Part shown: piece after piece, positions 63,092 through 64,000 of the stretch
How positions within the stretch are numbered: position 1 is the first letter of the stretch
Layout: every line of letters starts with the position of its first letter
From: Podarcis gaigeae
Lineage: Eukaryota
Strand: one strand, 5' to 3'
NCBI GenBank assembly: GCA_964106915.2
Contig: OZ066929.1
DNA: 64,000 nt
The notes under the pieces: generated by a model
Seen by the model: the letters and a program-made list of their open reading frames with translations, nothing else
Databases searched by the model: none
What the model was told of the DNA's origin: nothing
Made by a program: the position numbers and the translations under genes

Positions 63092-64000
63092 GTAAGGAGG
63101 CTGATGGGTTGGTGGTTTTCCTTGTTACTAATATATCCCTCCCTTTCCACGGGTGGGAGCAAACAGCTACTTAACACTGTAGCCCGACAATAAAAAAAAA
63201 TGACTCTAACAACCTCTGTCAACCACATATACAGAGTAGCTTTGTTGGCAAGGAAGCTGATTACATTTCCAAAGGCCTGGGAAAGCAACAAATGTTGTTG
63301 CCTTGTCCCAAAATGAAGTGGGTGGGACTCCTGAAACTCCCTTGGGAGGGCTGCAGTGGGATGTGGTTTTGTTCTCCCCCCCTCCCAGGTAGGGGTCATG
63401 GCAGCTGATGAGCAGAGGCAGCGGCTCCTTGGATGCAGGAGGTGCCTGGAGTTGTGGGGCAGGGACCTGCAGACCCATAGGATGTCCTGCAGTTCCAAAG
63501 GGTTATTGGAGGATCCAAGATACCAAACATTTTGTTCATTTTCTTAAGGTTTATACACTGCTCGAATGTAAAAAAAAATCAAAACAATAATTCTCAAGTG
63601 GTTTACAGAAGATAAAATATATGCCCACATTATTTCGAGGATCAACCTTGGGGGAAGGGAGAAGAAGGGTGGGGGTAGCATCCTGATTTCTGGTGGGGGC
63701 TGCGGAGCTCATTTTGCTTTTACCTTATTAGAGTTTAGCTTGGCCATGCAACACCTGCGGCGGCCTAGGTAGGTCCCTGGCCTGTGGACAGCCAGGCCTG
63801 ACTCCAGCATAGTCATAGCTGTCAACTTTTCCCTTTTCTTGTGAGGAATCCTATTCGGAATAAGGGAATTTCCCTTAAAAAATGGGAAAAGTTGACAGCT
63901 ATGCCATAGGTGGCTGCTGGTCATGCACTCTTTCAGTTTGCCTGTGTCTGGTACTTGTTTCTGAGGCAAGGCTGAGTCGCTTGGGGCCTACAACTAGGGA

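Overview
Vertebrate (squamate reptile, probably lacertid lizard, inferred from Sauria SINEs, RTE-BovB and CR1 content) genomic DNA. It carries the conserved amniote block KMT2A(+) > TTC36(+) > TMEM25(+) > IFT46(-) <> ARCN1(+) > PHLDB1(+), syntenic with human 11q23.3. I reconstructed the exon chains by hand from splice sites and reading phase. They cover KMT2A/MLL1 exons 4-36 (the window starts 1 nt into exon 4), complete TTC36 (198 aa), TMEM25 (366 aa), IFT46 (361 aa) and ARCN1/delta-COP (510 aa), and the first three coding exons of PHLDB1. Introns and intergenic DNA hold Sauria SINEs, a BovB LINE fragment, CR1 fragments, and hAT and Tc1/mariner-pogo-type MITEs with visible target-site duplications. 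I found no convincing previously undescribed biological system, and almost all other ORFs in the track are antisense or GC-rich artefacts. The points most worth a second look are: a GC-AG intron and a GAG acceptor required in KMT2A; inverted repeats that could sequester the KMT2A poly(A) signal; a 60-aa N-terminal extension of IFT46 where the mammalian start Met is Leu; a 14-bp inverted repeat enclosing the IFT46 stop codon; a triple-nested CR1/BovB/MITE insertion; and a hAT element carrying a promoter-like hairpin. All comparisons with human sequences are from memory and need checking.
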